In this document: one piece after another, positions 35,240 through 45,270 of the stretch
Layout of the letters: each line of letters begins with the position of its first letter
How positions within the stretch are numbered: the stretch's first letter is position 1
Source of the DNA: Oscillospiraceae bacterium
GTDB taxonomy: Bacteria; Bacillota; Clostridia; Oscillospirales; CAG-272
Length of the DNA stretch: 64,000 nt
Reading direction: 5' to 3'
NCBI GenBank assembly: GCA_015065105.1
Contig: SVQZ01000009.1
Location: forward strand, 7,134 to 71,133
Notes under the pieces: generated by a model
Seen by the model: only the letters and a program-made list of their open reading frames with translations
Database searches by the model: none
Told to the model about the DNA's origin: nothing
Program-made: the position numbers and the translations under genes

Positions 35240-36390
35240 TTGTTTTCTCCTTTCTTTGTGCCGCGGAAGTTTATCTTATAGCTGATACAGAACTCACAAA
35301 CAATAATAGCAAAAATTATTATACCTGTGAGAACGTCGCCTATACTCGCGTCTATCTTAAGAGCATCGGTCGCCGCCGCTCCGCCGTCACGCATAAATAC
35401 TATAAGGAAGGAAACAAGCACCATGGTAAGGGGATTAAACTTTGCCATCCATGATACGAGGATCGCAGTAAAGCCCTGACCGCCGACAAGATCGGGATTC
35501 ATCGAGGGGGTAGGTGTACCTGCTACAAGAAGAATACCTGTAAGACCGCAGATAGCACCGGAAATAGCCATTGTTCTTATAATTACCTTCTTTACGTTGA
35601 TACCAACGTACTTTGCGGTATTCCGGCTTTCGCCAACAACCGATATTTCATAGCCCTGCTTGCTGTACTTAAGATAGATATAAACTATAACGGTAACAAC
35701 AGCTATTATAATAATATTAAGAATATAGGGCTTACCGAACAGTCTGGGCAGCCAGCCGAATTGTGTTCTTTCGTTGATAATACCGAGATTGTTATGTCCC
35801 GATTTATCTGTAACCATTATAAAGTAACCTACGATAGTGGTTGCAACGTAGTTCATCATAAGAGTATATAAGGTTTCGTTCGTATTCCATATCGCCTTGA
35901 ATATTGCAGGAATAAGACCCCATATCATACCGGCGAGTATTGCCGCGGCAAACATAAGAGCAATAAGCATCGATTCGTAGAGATAGGGACCGAACTTAAG
36001 CATTACGTAGGTTGCGGCAAGAGAGCCCATAAGCACCTGACCCTCAGCACCGATATTCCAGAACTTCATTTTAAATGCGGGAGTTACCGCAAGGGATATA
36101 GCGAGAAGTATTGCAACGGAATGGTAGGATTTGAGCTTTGTTACCTCACCGCCAAACGTTCCCTTGAACATTTCAACATATACCTTTATGGGATCGATAC
36201 CCGAAATTGCGGTAACAAGAAGACCGCAGAACACAAGTGCAACTGCAATAGCAATAAGGGTATAACCCAAATGAGCCATTTTACTTACACTCGTTCTTTT
36301 TGTAATATGAATCAAGGGCTCGTGCTTTGTCTTATATTTTTGTCCGGGATCCGTCTTTGATCCACGCTTTGATTTCAAATAAGAATTCAT
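35236..36390 (-). CDS. ABC transporter permease (YufP-like)
   Basis: Multi-pass membrane protein. Overlaps the next gene by 4 nt. Confidence 0.85.
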   Translation of the reverse strand: MNSYLKSKRGSKTDPGQKYKTKHEPLIHITKRTSVSKMAHLGYTLIAIAVALVFCGLLVTAISGIDPIKVYVEMFKGTFGGEVTKLKSYHSVAILLAISLAVTPAFKMKFWNIGAEGQVLMGSLAATYVMLKFGPYLYESMLIALMFAAAILAGMIWGLIPAIFKAIWNTNETLYTLMMNYVATTIVGYFIMVTDKSGHNNLGIINERTQFGWLPRLFGKPYILNIIIIAVVTVIVYIYLKYSKQGYEISVVGESRNTAKYVGINVKKVIIRTMAISGAICGLTGILLVAGTPTPSMNPDLVGGQGFTAILVSWMAKFNPLTMVLVSFLIVFMRDGGAAATDALKIDASIGDVLTGIIIFAIIVCEFCISYKINFRGTKKGENK

Positions 36391-37928
36391 TATACACCCT
36401 CCCCTGCTGCTTTAGATTTTGTCATTAAGAGACCGATCTCTTCCTTGGTTGTTGTTCTTGCATCAACCACACCTGTGATCGAGCCGGAGCCGATAACAAG
36501 TATTCTGTCGCAAAGCTCGATAAGAACGTCGAGGTCTTCACCGACAAAGATAACGGCGGTGCCGTTTTCCTTCTGCTGGTTAAGAAGATTATATATAAGG
36601 TAAGAAGAATTGATATCAAGTCCGCGTACCGGATATGCCGCCATAAGGACCTTCGGAGATGAAGATATTTCACGTCCGACGAGCACCTTCTGAACGTTAC
36701 CTCCCGAAAGCTGTCTTACGGGAGTGGTCGCATCGGGGGTAACGACCTGAAGGTCGTTGATTATTTTAGCGGCAAGATTTTTAGGACCTGTCCTTTCAAG
36801 GAACAAGCTCTTACCCTTTGAATAGCTTCTAAGCATCATATTATCTATGATATCCATGTTTCCTACCAGACCCATACCGAGTCTGTCCTCGGGAACAAAG
36901 GAAAGTCTTACTCCGAGATCACGTATCTGCAGGGGAGTTTTGTCACGGAGATTATCCTGCTGATTTGTTTTAGGGTTATTATAAAGTATCTCTCCTTCGG
37001 TAAGATGCTGAAGTCCTGCGATAGATTCAAGAAGCTCTCGCTGACCGGAGCCTGCGATACCCGCTATACCGAGTATCTCGCCGCCGTAAGCATCAAAGGA
37101 AATATCATTCAATACCTGAACACCCTCGCGGTTTTTACAGGAAATATGCTTGACCTCAAGACGCTTTACGGGATTTTCAACAGCGGATCTTTCAATATTG
37201 AGAGTTATCTTCTTGCCAACCATCATTTCGGTAAGCTCGGATTCGTTGGTGCCTACCGTTTCAACAGTACCGACGTATTCGCCCTTACGAAGCACCGCAA
37301 CCTTATCCGAGAGAGATAAAACCTCATGCAATTTATGTGTTATGATTATAATTGACTTGCCTTGGTCACGCATCCTGCGTAATACCGAGAAGAGCTTTTC
37401 TGTCTCCTGAGGGGTAAGAACCGCGGTAGGCTCGTCAAGAATAAGTATATCGGCGCCTCTGTACAACACTTTAATTATTTCAACCGTCTGCTTCTCGGAA
37501 ACAGACATATTATATACCTTTTTCTTAGGATCGATATCAAAGCCGTACAAGGAAGATATCTCGGTAACCTTTGCCTCTGCAGTCTTGATATTTGCAAGAG
37601 ACTTATCCTCATTTCCCAGCACGATATTTTCTGTTGCAGAAAAAACATCAACAAGCTTGAAATGCTGATGTATCATACCTATCTTGTATTTGAAGGCATC
37701 CTTGGGAGAGGATATAACCACTTCCTCGCCATTAATTAAAATACTGCCCTCGTCGGGATAATATATTCCCGATATCATATTCATAAGTGTTGTTTTACCA
37801 CTGCCGTTTTCTCCGAGGATCGATAAGATCTCGCCCTTTGATACACTAAGGGAAACGTTATTATTCGCAATTATGCTGCCGAATCTTTTGGTAATATTAC
37901 GTAATTCTATCGCTATGTTAGAACTCAC
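36390..37928 (-). CDS. ABC transporter ATP-binding protein with duplicated ATPase domains
   Basis: GENGSGKTT, LSVSEKQ and ILDEPT in the first half, with a second ATPase domain in the C-terminal half. GTG start with GGGAGG upstream. Confidence 0.9.
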   Translation of the reverse strand: MSSNIAIELRNITKRFGSIIANNNVSLSVSKGEILSILGENGSGKTTLMNMISGIYYPDEGSILINGEEVVISSPKDAFKYKIGMIHQHFKLVDVFSATENIVLGNEDKSLANIKTAEAKVTEISSLYGFDIDPKKKVYNMSVSEKQTVEIIKVLYRGADILILDEPTAVLTPQETEKLFSVLRRMRDQGKSIIIITHKLHEVLSLSDKVAVLRKGEYVGTVETVGTNESELTEMMVGKKITLNIERSAVENPVKRLEVKHISCKNREGVQVLNDISFDAYGGEILGIAGIAGSGQRELLESIAGLQHLTEGEILYNNPKTNQQDNLRDKTPLQIRDLGVRLSFVPEDRLGMGLVGNMDIIDNMMLRSYSKGKSLFLERTGPKNLAAKIINDLQVVTPDATTPVRQLSGGNVQKVLVGREISSSPKVLMAAYPVRGLDINSSYLIYNLLNQQKENGTAVIFVGEDLDVLIELCDRILVIGSGSITGVVDARTTTKEEIGLLMTKSKAAGEGV

Positions 37929-37998
37929 TGTTTGCCTCCCGTAAAAAGATTATAAAGCATTAAGGCGGAGCAATAATGCTCCGCCCTTCATACATAAA

Positions 37999-39243
37999 TT
38001 AAGCTTCAGGAACGGTGATACCGTCGATGATAATATTGAAATAAGGAGCAGAACGATAGGTAGATTCGTTGAAGCAACCGTCGGAAACTGCTTCTGTTTC
38101 GCCTACATAGTCACCTGCGTCAACTACGTCTGCAAGGTAAGTAGTAAGCTCTTCGCCGTTTACGGTGAATGTAGAGGTATCGAATACCTTAAGCTCGCCG
38201 GAGGAGATAAGTCCCTTAACCTCTTCGATCTTTTCAGCAGTACCTTCTGCAGCAACTGCCTCGTTAAGCTTGGTAAGCTGTACGGAATCTGTAGCAAGAG
38301 TACCTGTCCAGTCAGCATCGATAGAACCGCCTTCAAGCATTACACCGATGATGTATGCGAAGTAAGGCTCCCAATTGATCTTGGAGGAGATGATAGCTGT
38401 TGTAGGACCGAGATCGGATGTATCGATATTGTATGCAACGTTGGGAACGCCTGCATCCTCACAAGCTGTAGGAGCGCCGGAGGAGTCAGCGTGCTGGCTG
38501 ATAAGCTTGCATCCGCTTGCGATAAGAGCCTTAGCTGCGTTATTTTCAGCGGTGATATCAAACCAGGAGTTGGTGTACTGAACTTCCATGGTAACGGAAG
38601 GACAAATGTACTTAACACCAAGATAGAAGGAGGTGTAACCGGAGATAACCTCTGCATAGGGGAATGCACCAACGTAACCGATCTTAGCTTCTTCTTCGGT
38701 GAATTCGCCTGCTGCGATCATTTCGTTAAGCTTCATACCTGCAGCAACACCTGCGAGGAATCTGCCTTCGTAAATGGATGCAAATGCGTTGTGGTAGTTG
38801 GAAACGCCTTCAGTATGAGCTCTTGTACCTGTTGCATGGCAGAACTGAACGTCGGGGAATTCCTTAGCCGCCTGAATCATGTAGGGTTCATGGCCGAAGC
38901 TGTCTGCGAAAACGAGATCGCAACCTGCGTTAACGAGTTCCTTGGCTGCTTCGTAGCAGTCTTCACTTTCGGGAATGTTGGTCTTAATAAGAACCTGTTC
39001 ATCGGGAATACCTGCTGCCTTGGTTGCTGCCTTAGCTGCATCAAGGAAGTTCTTATCATAGGTGGAGTTCTCGTCGTGAAGGAAGATAAAGCCGATCATG
39101 AAATCATCCATGCTCATGCCCTCAACTTCATCGGGAACTGTCTTCTCGGGTGCCTTGTCTGCGTCCTTGGTCTTTTCAGGTGAGCAAGCCGCAAAGCTGA
39201 AGATCATAGCAGCCACGAGTAAAAGAGCGAGTAACTTTTTCAT
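37999..39243 (-). CDS. BMP-family ABC substrate-binding lipoprotein (nucleoside-binding type)
   Basis: MKKLLALLLVAAMIFSFAACS lipobox. Start moved to ATG 39243 (AAGGAG upstream). Confidence 0.85.
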   Translation of the reverse strand: MKKLLALLLVAAMIFSFAACSPEKTKDADKAPEKTVPDEVEGMSMDDFMIGFIFLHDENSTYDKNFLDAAKAATKAAGIPDEQVLIKTNIPESEDCYEAAKELVNAGCDLVFADSFGHEPYMIQAAKEFPDVQFCHATGTRAHTEGVSNYHNAFASIYEGRFLAGVAAGMKLNEMIAAGEFTEEEAKIGYVGAFPYAEVISGYTSFYLGVKYICPSVTMEVQYTNSWFDITAENNAAKALIASGCKLISQHADSSGAPTACEDAGVPNVAYNIDTSDLGPTTAIISSKINWEPYFAYIIGVMLEGGSIDADWTGTLATDSVQLTKLNEAVAAEGTAEKIEEVKGLISSGELKVFDTSTFTVNGEELTTYLADVVDAGDYVGETEAVSDGCFNESTYRSAPYFNIIIDGITVPEA

Positions 39244-39312
39244 TTTCTTTCTCCTTTTGAAAAAAATATTAATCATCCCCTACATGGGGAATAATTTCAG
39301 ATAGAATCAGGA

Positions 39313-39888
39313 CTAATCGCAGAATTTGATCCCGTTTTCACAGCTCATAGATTCAATACGGGCAAGGGATTCGACCCTTATACCCCTGCCTCTTATAAGA
39401 GCTCCGCCGGGCTGGAATGCCTTTTCAATAACAATACCGCATCCGACAAGCTCTGCACCGGCATCGTTAACAAGGCTGATAAGTCCGTTCAATGCACTTC
39501 CCTGTGCAAGAAAATCATCAATTATAAGCACACGGTCGCCGGGAAGTAGAAATTCCTTGGAAACTATTATATCGTAGGTCTTTTTATGGGTAAAGGATTC
39601 CACCTTCGAGGTATAAACATCCGAAAAAATATTTACCGTTTTTGTCTTTTTGGCAAATACCATGGGAACGTTGAAATACTGTGCGGTTAGACAAGCAATA
39701 CCGATACCGGATGCTTCGATAGTAAGCACCTTATTAACGTTACAATCCTTATAAAGGCGGTAAAACTCCTCACCGAGCTTGGAAAGAAACGCTACGTCCA
39801 TGCGGTGGTTAAGAAAGCTGTCAACCTTAAGTACGTCGCCTTCTCCTATCTTACCGTCATTTATGATCTTATCTTCCAAAAGCTTCAT
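39313..39888 (-). CDS. xpt: Xanthine phosphoribosyltransferase
   Basis: LKVDSFLNH, VLIIDDFLAQGSA and GIVIEKAFQPG..VESLARI align closely with Bacillus Xpt. Start at ATG 39888 (GGAGG upstream). Confidence 0.9.
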   Translation of the reverse strand: MKLLEDKIINDGKIGEGDVLKVDSFLNHRMDVAFLSKLGEEFYRLYKDCNVNKVLTIEASGIGIACLTAQYFNVPMVFAKKTKTVNIFSDVYTSKVESFTHKKTYDIIVSKEFLLPGDRVLIIDDFLAQGSALNGLISLVNDAGAELVGCGIVIEKAFQPGGALIRGRGIRVESLARIESMSCENGIKFCD

Positions 39889-40010
39889 GAACAGACCTCC
39901 GCATAATAATATATAAATAAACAATTATGAACATATTATATTATATTTTTATCAATTTTGCAATAGATTTTCTCAAAAATATAAAAAAAATTGAGAGTCT
40001 TTTACAACTC

Positions 40011-40886
40011 TCAATCCTTCTTTTTCAGATCCGAAACGTTATACAGTTTAGGAGATTTATCCGCTTCCTTATCAAGGCGCACACGTACCAGCCCTGCCAG
40101 GGGATTTGTTTCAACAACAGTTCCTTCGCCGTCGGGAGTAGTCACCTTGGAATCAAGCTTCGGAGTGCGTTTTATAGCCTCCTCATAAGTCTCATGCTCA
40201 TAACGCAGGCAGCACATCAGCTTTCCGCAAGCACCTGATATCTTTGTGGAGTTAAGCGAAAGGTTCTGCTCCTTTGCCATCTTTATGGATACCTGTGCAA
40301 ATTCGGAAAGAAAGCTCTTACAGCAGAAGGGGCGTCCGCAAACACCGAGACCGCCCATAAGCTTTGTCTCGTCACGGATACCGATCTGTCTCAATTCTAT
40401 ACGGGTCTTGAATATACCCGCAAGATCCTTGACCAGCTCTCGGAAGTCGATTCTTCCTTCGGCGGTAAAGTAAAAGAGAAGCTTATTATTGTCGAAGGTA
40501 TATTCAACATCGACCAGCTTCATTTCAAGCTTGTGCTCGGCTATTTTCTGCTGACATATCTTAAAGGCTTCCTTTTCGCTGTCAACGTTAGCCTCATGCT
40601 GTTGGTCGTCCTGCTTTGTTGCTATACGTACAACAGAGCGAAGGGGGAGCACAAGAGTTGATTTATCAACAACTCTGTTGGCAATGGCGGTAGTACCGTA
40701 TTCAAGACCTCGTGCGGTCTTTACTATAACGTTCTGCCCTACCGAAAGCTTAAGACCATCGGGAAGGAAGTAATATACCTTGCCGTTGTTTTTAAAGCGT
40801 ATGCCGACTATTTCAACTTCATCCGGAAGAGCATCCCTCATTTCGTCAAGCTCCTGCTGGGTAAAGGTTTCATTTAATTCAGCCAT
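40011..40886 (-). CDS. ricT: PSP1-domain protein RicT (YaaT)
   Basis: GRPFCCKSFL and GACGKLMCCLRYE Cys motifs. Located downstream of holB, as in other Firmicutes. Confidence 0.85.
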   Translation of the reverse strand: MAELNETFTQQELDEMRDALPDEVEIVGIRFKNNGKVYYFLPDGLKLSVGQNVIVKTARGLEYGTTAIANRVVDKSTLVLPLRSVVRIATKQDDQQHEANVDSEKEAFKICQQKIAEHKLEMKLVDVEYTFDNNKLLFYFTAEGRIDFRELVKDLAGIFKTRIELRQIGIRDETKLMGGLGVCGRPFCCKSFLSEFAQVSIKMAKEQNLSLNSTKISGACGKLMCCLRYEHETYEEAIKRTPKLDSKVTTPDGEGTVVETNPLAGLVRVRLDKEADKSPKLYNVSDLKKKD

Positions 40887-40900
40887 TTTTCATCCTTTCA

Positions 40901-41929
40901 TTATGAATGGGCTTTTTTCCAGAGCTCACTCATAAAATTTATTTTAAGCAAATTAAGATTTGCATTCGATTCGTTATTTCTCAAGGTCCCGTCACAGTAG
41001 GATATCATATCTGCTATAGCTTCAAGAGTGAGCTGTGAGGAATAGGACAATGCCTTTTCTGTATTGCTCCAGAAAAGAAGCTCTGTGCCCATTGTCTTTT
41101 TCATGCAAAGAAGATCGCGGAGCGCAAGCCTTACGTCGCTTACAAGCTGAGTCATCTCCTCGCGTTTTTTTGAATTAACAGAGTCCTCAAGAGAAATAAA
41201 TGCATATTTATCATTTCCCGTCAATGCTTCAAAGAGCCTGTCTATACGTTCAAAACGCTTTACGGTATTATCGGCACTGCGCTTATCGGTATTTGAAAGC
41301 ACTTTGCCGACAGAGCCGTTTGCCGCTCTGACTATATAACTAAAGCCCTCAGGATCCCTTTCATTATACCTTTTTGCATCGGGATATCTCGTAAGAAGTA
41401 TATCATAAAGCTCCTCGTTTGTAAAGCGTTGCATACGGAACACCGGAGCTCTTGAAACGATAGTAGTCAAAAGACGGGATGCACTTTCGGTAATAAGAAT
41501 AAATACAACGAAGGAGGGAGGCTCCTCAAGCACCTTCAAAAGGGCGTTCTGAGCCTGCACCGTCATTTTTTCGCTGTTTTTTATAATATAAAATTTGCAG
41601 TCGTTTTCCACAGGTACCTTAAGAGCTCCGTTCTTTATCTGCCTTACGGCATCAACGGAAATCGAAGCCTTGCCTTCGTCAGGCTCCACCGTTATAAGGT
41701 CGGGAGAAATATTTTCCTTCAGCTTGCGGCAACTGTTACAGACACCGCAGGGAGACTCTGCAGAGGTACAGCACATAGCCATCGCGATATTAAGCGCAAA
41801 TGTATATCTGCCGCTTCCCTCCTGCCCCTCCAAAATAAGGGCATGGGGCATTGCTCTTCGGTCGATTGCCTCGGAAAAATATGATTTTAAAAGGTCGTTT
41901 CCGTAAATATTATCAAAGCAAACCGACAT
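40901..41929 (-). CDS. holB: DNA polymerase III delta-prime subunit
   Basis: HALILEGQEGSGRYTFA (degenerate P-loop), CGVCNSCRK zinc module, LLKVLEEPP, SR motif. Start chosen at ATG 41929 (GGAG upstream) rather than TTG 41965. Confidence 0.85.
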   Translation of the reverse strand: MSVCFDNIYGNDLLKSYFSEAIDRRAMPHALILEGQEGSGRYTFALNIAMAMCCTSAESPCGVCNSCRKLKENISPDLITVEPDEGKASISVDAVRQIKNGALKVPVENDCKFYIIKNSEKMTVQAQNALLKVLEEPPSFVVFILITESASRLLTTIVSRAPVFRMQRFTNEELYDILLTRYPDAKRYNERDPEGFSYIVRAANGSVGKVLSNTDKRSADNTVKRFERIDRLFEALTGNDKYAFISLEDSVNSKKREEMTQLVSDVRLALRDLLCMKKTMGTELLFWSNTEKALSYSSQLTLEAIADMISYCDGTLRNNESNANLNLLKINFMSELWKKAHS

Positions 41930-41930
41930 C

Positions 41931-42788
41931 TTATACTCCAGAGTATGCGGAAAAACCTCCGTCAACCGGAACTACGACACCGTTTACAAAGCTTGCCGCC
42001 TTTTCGTTAACAAGCCAGAGAAGAGTGCCTACAAGCTCATCGGGTGTACCGAAACGGTTCATAGGTGTGCTTGAAAGGATCTTCTGAGAACGGGGGGTAA
42101 AGCTTCCGTCGGGATTTATAAGAAGAGCACGGTTCTGATCTGTTACGAAGAATCCGGGAGCAATAGCGTTTACTCTGATACCCACGGGAGCAAAATGAAC
42201 CGCAAGCCACTGCGTAAAGTTGGATACCGCAGCCTTTGCACCCGAATATGCAGGGATCTTAGTCAAGGGAGTAAATGCGTTCATGCTTGATACGTTAACA
42301 ACACAGCAGTCCTTCTTTTTAGCCATATCCTCCGCAAACACCTGAGTAGGAAGAAGAGTTCCGAGGAAGTTGAGATTAAATACAAACTCAATACCCTTGG
42401 GGTCTAAATCAAAGAAGGTAACGATATCGGGGTTGTCTCTTGCGAGATCCTCGGGGAAAAGATATTCCTTGGTGGTGGTACCGCGGGGGTTATTACCGCC
42501 TGCACCGTTAAGAAGAATATCGCAACTGCCGAATTCTGCATTGATCTTTTCTCTTGCAGCCACAAGACTTTCTTTGTCAAGAACGTTGCATTCAACTGCC
42601 ATAGCCCGTCCGCCTGCGGCATTGATCTCGTCAACAGTTTTCTGTGCATTTTCGGGACGAAGGTCGCACACCGCCACCTTTGCTCCGCAAGCCGCCAACG
42701 CTCTTGCAAACTCACCGCAAAGCACTCCGCCGCCGCCTGTTACAACGGCTGTTTTATCATTTAAGTCAATTTTGAAAGGAAGTTCCAT
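41931..42788 (-). CDS. SDR-family oxidoreductase
   Basis: VTGGGGVLCGEFA cofactor motif and YSGAK catalytic motif. Confidence 0.85.
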   Translation of the reverse strand: MELPFKIDLNDKTAVVTGGGGVLCGEFARALAACGAKVAVCDLRPENAQKTVDEINAAGGRAMAVECNVLDKESLVAAREKINAEFGSCDILLNGAGGNNPRGTTTKEYLFPEDLARDNPDIVTFFDLDPKGIEFVFNLNFLGTLLPTQVFAEDMAKKKDCCVVNVSSMNAFTPLTKIPAYSGAKAAVSNFTQWLAVHFAPVGIRVNAIAPGFFVTDQNRALLINPDGSFTPRSQKILSSTPMNRFGTPDELVGTLLWLVNEKAASFVNGVVVPVDGGFSAYSGV

Positions 42789-42794
42789 AATAAT

Positions 42795-43181
42795 TCACCT
42801 GTTCTTTATATATTTTTTAATTACCAAAGCTGAATAAGCTGCCATGGTTATACAAGCGGCAACACATATAAGCTGAGTCCCCCACAAGGGTATATTCAGA
42901 TACCCAAGACAGAATATCAACGGGATGCACACAGCATTTGCCGAGCAAAGACATACCTCAGTCTGCCAAAACTCCTTTTTCAGAAATCTTACCGCCAACG
43001 AAAATATCGTCAGCAAAGAAAGAGGGAGCCACAGCATAAGCATCTTTATGAGATAAAGCTCATTTGAATCAAACCACGGCATAAATGAAAACATCGTACT
43101 CGTTATATAAATGAAGTAGATATACAAGGGTATAAGAATACAATGCAAAACAATGTCCGATATTTTTAAGAATTTTTTCAT
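42795..43181 (-). CDS. Small integral membrane protein, hypothetical
   Basis: Four hydrophobic helices. 4-nt overlap with the upstream gene. Confidence 0.55.
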   Translation of the reverse strand: MKKFLKISDIVLHCILIPLYIYFIYITSTMFSFMPWFDSNELYLIKMLMLWLPLSLLTIFSLAVRFLKKEFWQTEVCLCSANAVCIPLIFCLGYLNIPLWGTQLICVAACITMAAYSALVIKKYIKNR

Positions 43182-43804
43182 TGCATATCGAATTCGTCGA
43201 TGATATCGCAGATAGCGTTATAGCAATAATCAGCGATAAGCTTATGTCCCTCTTCTGTGGGATGAACACCGTCTTCAGACCAGAAGGAGGGCTCCTCGGT
43301 TATGCTTGCACTTGCAAAGAGTCCGTCAAGGGGAATATACTCATAGGCATATTCGCGGGCAAGACGGCGGATAATTCTGATCTTCTCATCCATATCGGGA
43401 TGAAAATCCTCATGAAGACCAACGTCTATAACGTAGGGCTCCATAATGATGATCTTTGCATCCGTTCCCTTTTTCATCTGTTCGAGAAGAGAGCGGTAAT
43501 TAGCTTCAAAAAGCTCGTTTGAGATAAAGTCACCCTTCTCCGCATGATGCCACGTATCGTTGATGCCGACAAGAAGAGTCATGATATCAGGAGCAAGATC
43601 GACCGCCTCATCCTGCCAACGGGCAAGAAGATCCTTGGTCTGATGCCCGCCGATACCTTTATTTATAAATTCAAAGCTCTTGTCAAGATATGTTTCACGA
43701 AGAAGCTCAGCTACGTACTTGGGATATCCGTTACCCAAGGACTTAACGTCATCATAGTTTCTTCCTGTGTCGGTTATACTGTCGCCCTGAAACAATATTC
43801 TCAT
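43178..43804 (-). CDS. SGNH/GDSL-family hydrolase
   Basis: ILFQGDSITD block I, GINDTW, and DGVHPT block V. Confidence 0.85.
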   Translation of the reverse strand: MRILFQGDSITDTGRNYDDVKSLGNGYPKYVAELLRETYLDKSFEFINKGIGGHQTKDLLARWQDEAVDLAPDIMTLLVGINDTWHHAEKGDFISNELFEANYRSLLEQMKKGTDAKIIIMEPYVIDVGLHEDFHPDMDEKIRIIRRLAREYAYEYIPLDGLFASASITEEPSFWSEDGVHPTEEGHKLIADYCYNAICDIIDEFDMQ

Positions 43805-43871
43805 TTTATTAACCTCCGATTAAGATACAACTACTATATTATAAAATATAAAAAAAAATATGTCAAGACAC

Positions 43872-43900
43872 TTGACAAAAATAAAAATATTATGTATAAT
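43872..43900 (+). promoter_or_regulatory. Promoter of rpsF-ssb-rpsR
   Basis: TTGACA, 17 nt ending in TG, then TATAAT. It is followed by a roughly 95-nt leader containing hairpin cctgca/tgcagg, a possible S6:S18 autoregulatory leader (unverified). Confidence 0.65.
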
Positions 43901-43998
43901 AGCATAGTTTAGAGGCAGTGTAATATTTTTTCAGCACTGTTTCTCCTTACCTGCAGACAAAGGTGTGCAGGTCATAAGTCCATAGGGAGGTGTAAATA

Positions 43999-44391
43999 AT
44001 GGCAAAGACAAACACAAATTACGAGACCATTTTCGTTTGCGATTGTTCAAAGGGCGAAGATGCGATCAAGGCACTTGTTGAGAAGTTTACCGACCTCATC
44101 AAGGCTAACGGTGAGATCACCGAGGTTAATGAGTGGGGCAAGAGAAGACTTGCATACCCCATTAACGACATGAACGAGGGTTACTACGTTTTCGTAACCT
44201 TTAGTGCTCCTCAGGCGTTTGTTGCAGAGCTTTACCGTATCTTCAACATTACCGACGGTATTTTGCGTTCTATCGTAGTTAAGGCTGACGAGAAGGCTTC
44301 CATGCCCGCAAGAGTTCAGGAAACCGTTGCTGAAGCTGTAGTTGAAGAAGCTCCTGCTGCAGAAGCAGTTGCAGAAGAAGCAGCTGAGTAA
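43999..44391 (+). CDS. rpsF: 30S ribosomal protein S6
   Basis: YETIFV...WGKRRLAYPI pattern with an acidic Ala/Glu tail. Confidence 0.95.
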   Translation: MAKTNTNYETIFVCDCSKGEDAIKALVEKFTDLIKANGEITEVNEWGKRRLAYPINDMNEGYYVFVTFSAPQAFVAELYRIFNITDGILRSIVVKADEKASMPARVQETVAEAVVEEAPAAEAVAEEAAE

Positions 44392-44405
44392 TCAAGGAGT
44401 AAAAG

Positions 44406-44855
44406 ATGGCTAACTTTAATTTTAACAAGGTTATCCTCGGAGGCAGACTTACTGCCGATCCCGAGCTTCGCCAGACCCCCCAGGGTATCGCGGTAACCTC
44501 ATTCAGCATTGCGGTCAACAGACCCTATTCAAGAGGCACCGAGCAGCAGGCTGATTTCATCAACTGTGTTGCATGGCGCTCCACCGCTGAATTTATTACC
44601 CGTTACTTCAGAAAGGGCAGCTCGATCTGCGTAACAGGTTCGTTACAGAACAGAAGCTGGACCGATCAGCAGGGTCAGAAAAGATACGCAACAGACGTTG
44701 TGGTAAGCGAAGCTAATTTCGTAGATAGCCGTAACGAGTCAGGCTTCACACCTGCACCCGCGGCGGATAGCTACACTGCTCCTGCTTATTCTTCTACCGA
44801 AGAAGAAGCGCCTAAATTTGAAGAGTTGTCAAGTGATGACGACCTTCCGTTCTAA
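44406..44855 (+). CDS. ssb: Single-stranded DNA-binding protein
   Basis: NKVILGGRLTADPELR OB-fold start and a DDDLPF C-terminal tip. Confidence 0.95.
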   Translation: MANFNFNKVILGGRLTADPELRQTPQGIAVTSFSIAVNRPYSRGTEQQADFINCVAWRSTAEFITRYFRKGSSICVTGSLQNRSWTDQQGQKRYATDVVVSEANFVDSRNESGFTPAPAADSYTAPAYSSTEEEAPKFEELSSDDDLPF

Positions 44856-44878
44856 TTTTATAAAGGAGGATGCTAATA

Positions 44879-45133
44879 ATGGAAAGAGAAAACAACACCC
44901 AGAAGCCTTTTCGTAACAATATGAAGAGAAAGAAGAAGGTTTGCATATTCTGTCAGGATAAGATCGATCATATCGACTACAAGGATATCGCAAGACTTCG
45001 CAAGTGTACAAGCGAGCGTGCTAAGATTCTTCCCAGAAGAATCACCGGTACCTGTGCATACCATCAGAGACAGCTCACCACAGCTATCAAGAGAGCTCGT
45101 CAGGTTGCAATGCTTCCCTACACTACCGACTAA
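44879..45133 (+). CDS. rpsR: 30S ribosomal protein S18
   Basis: CIFC...IDYKD...[19 protein letters not shown] 44879 sits 9 nt after AAGGAGG, while the listed start at 44870 is directly next to the SD. Confidence 0.92.
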   Translation: MERENNTQKPFRNNMKRKKKVCIFCQDKIDHIDYKDIARLRKCTSERAKILPRRITGTCAYHQRQLTTAIKRARQVAMLPYTTD

Positions 45134-45147
45134 TCAAGTCAAAATTA

Positions 45148-45175
45148 AAGCCGTCCGAATCGGACGGCTTTTTAT
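45148..45175 (+). terminator. Terminator after rpsR
   Basis: 10-bp stem aagccgtccg/cggacggctt followed by TTTTT. Confidence 0.8.
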
Positions 45176-45270
45176 TCTGTAAAAACAACAACTCATTTTA
45201 GGTATATATTGACTTTTTTTAAATTTTGTGGTATTAATGATATAAGAACAAGCATAACAAGGAGTAACAT

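Noticed and set aside
39889-40010. Purine riboswitch expected upstream of xpt
   Set aside because: The region contains only the ricT terminator and an AT-rich promoter. There is no three-way-junction sequence resembling the guanine riboswitch.
43901-43998. S6:S18 autoregulatory leader upstream of rpsF
   Set aside because: It is plausible by position and contains a hairpin (cctgca/tgcagg), but I cannot verify the conserved motif by eye. It is noted only under the promoter feature.
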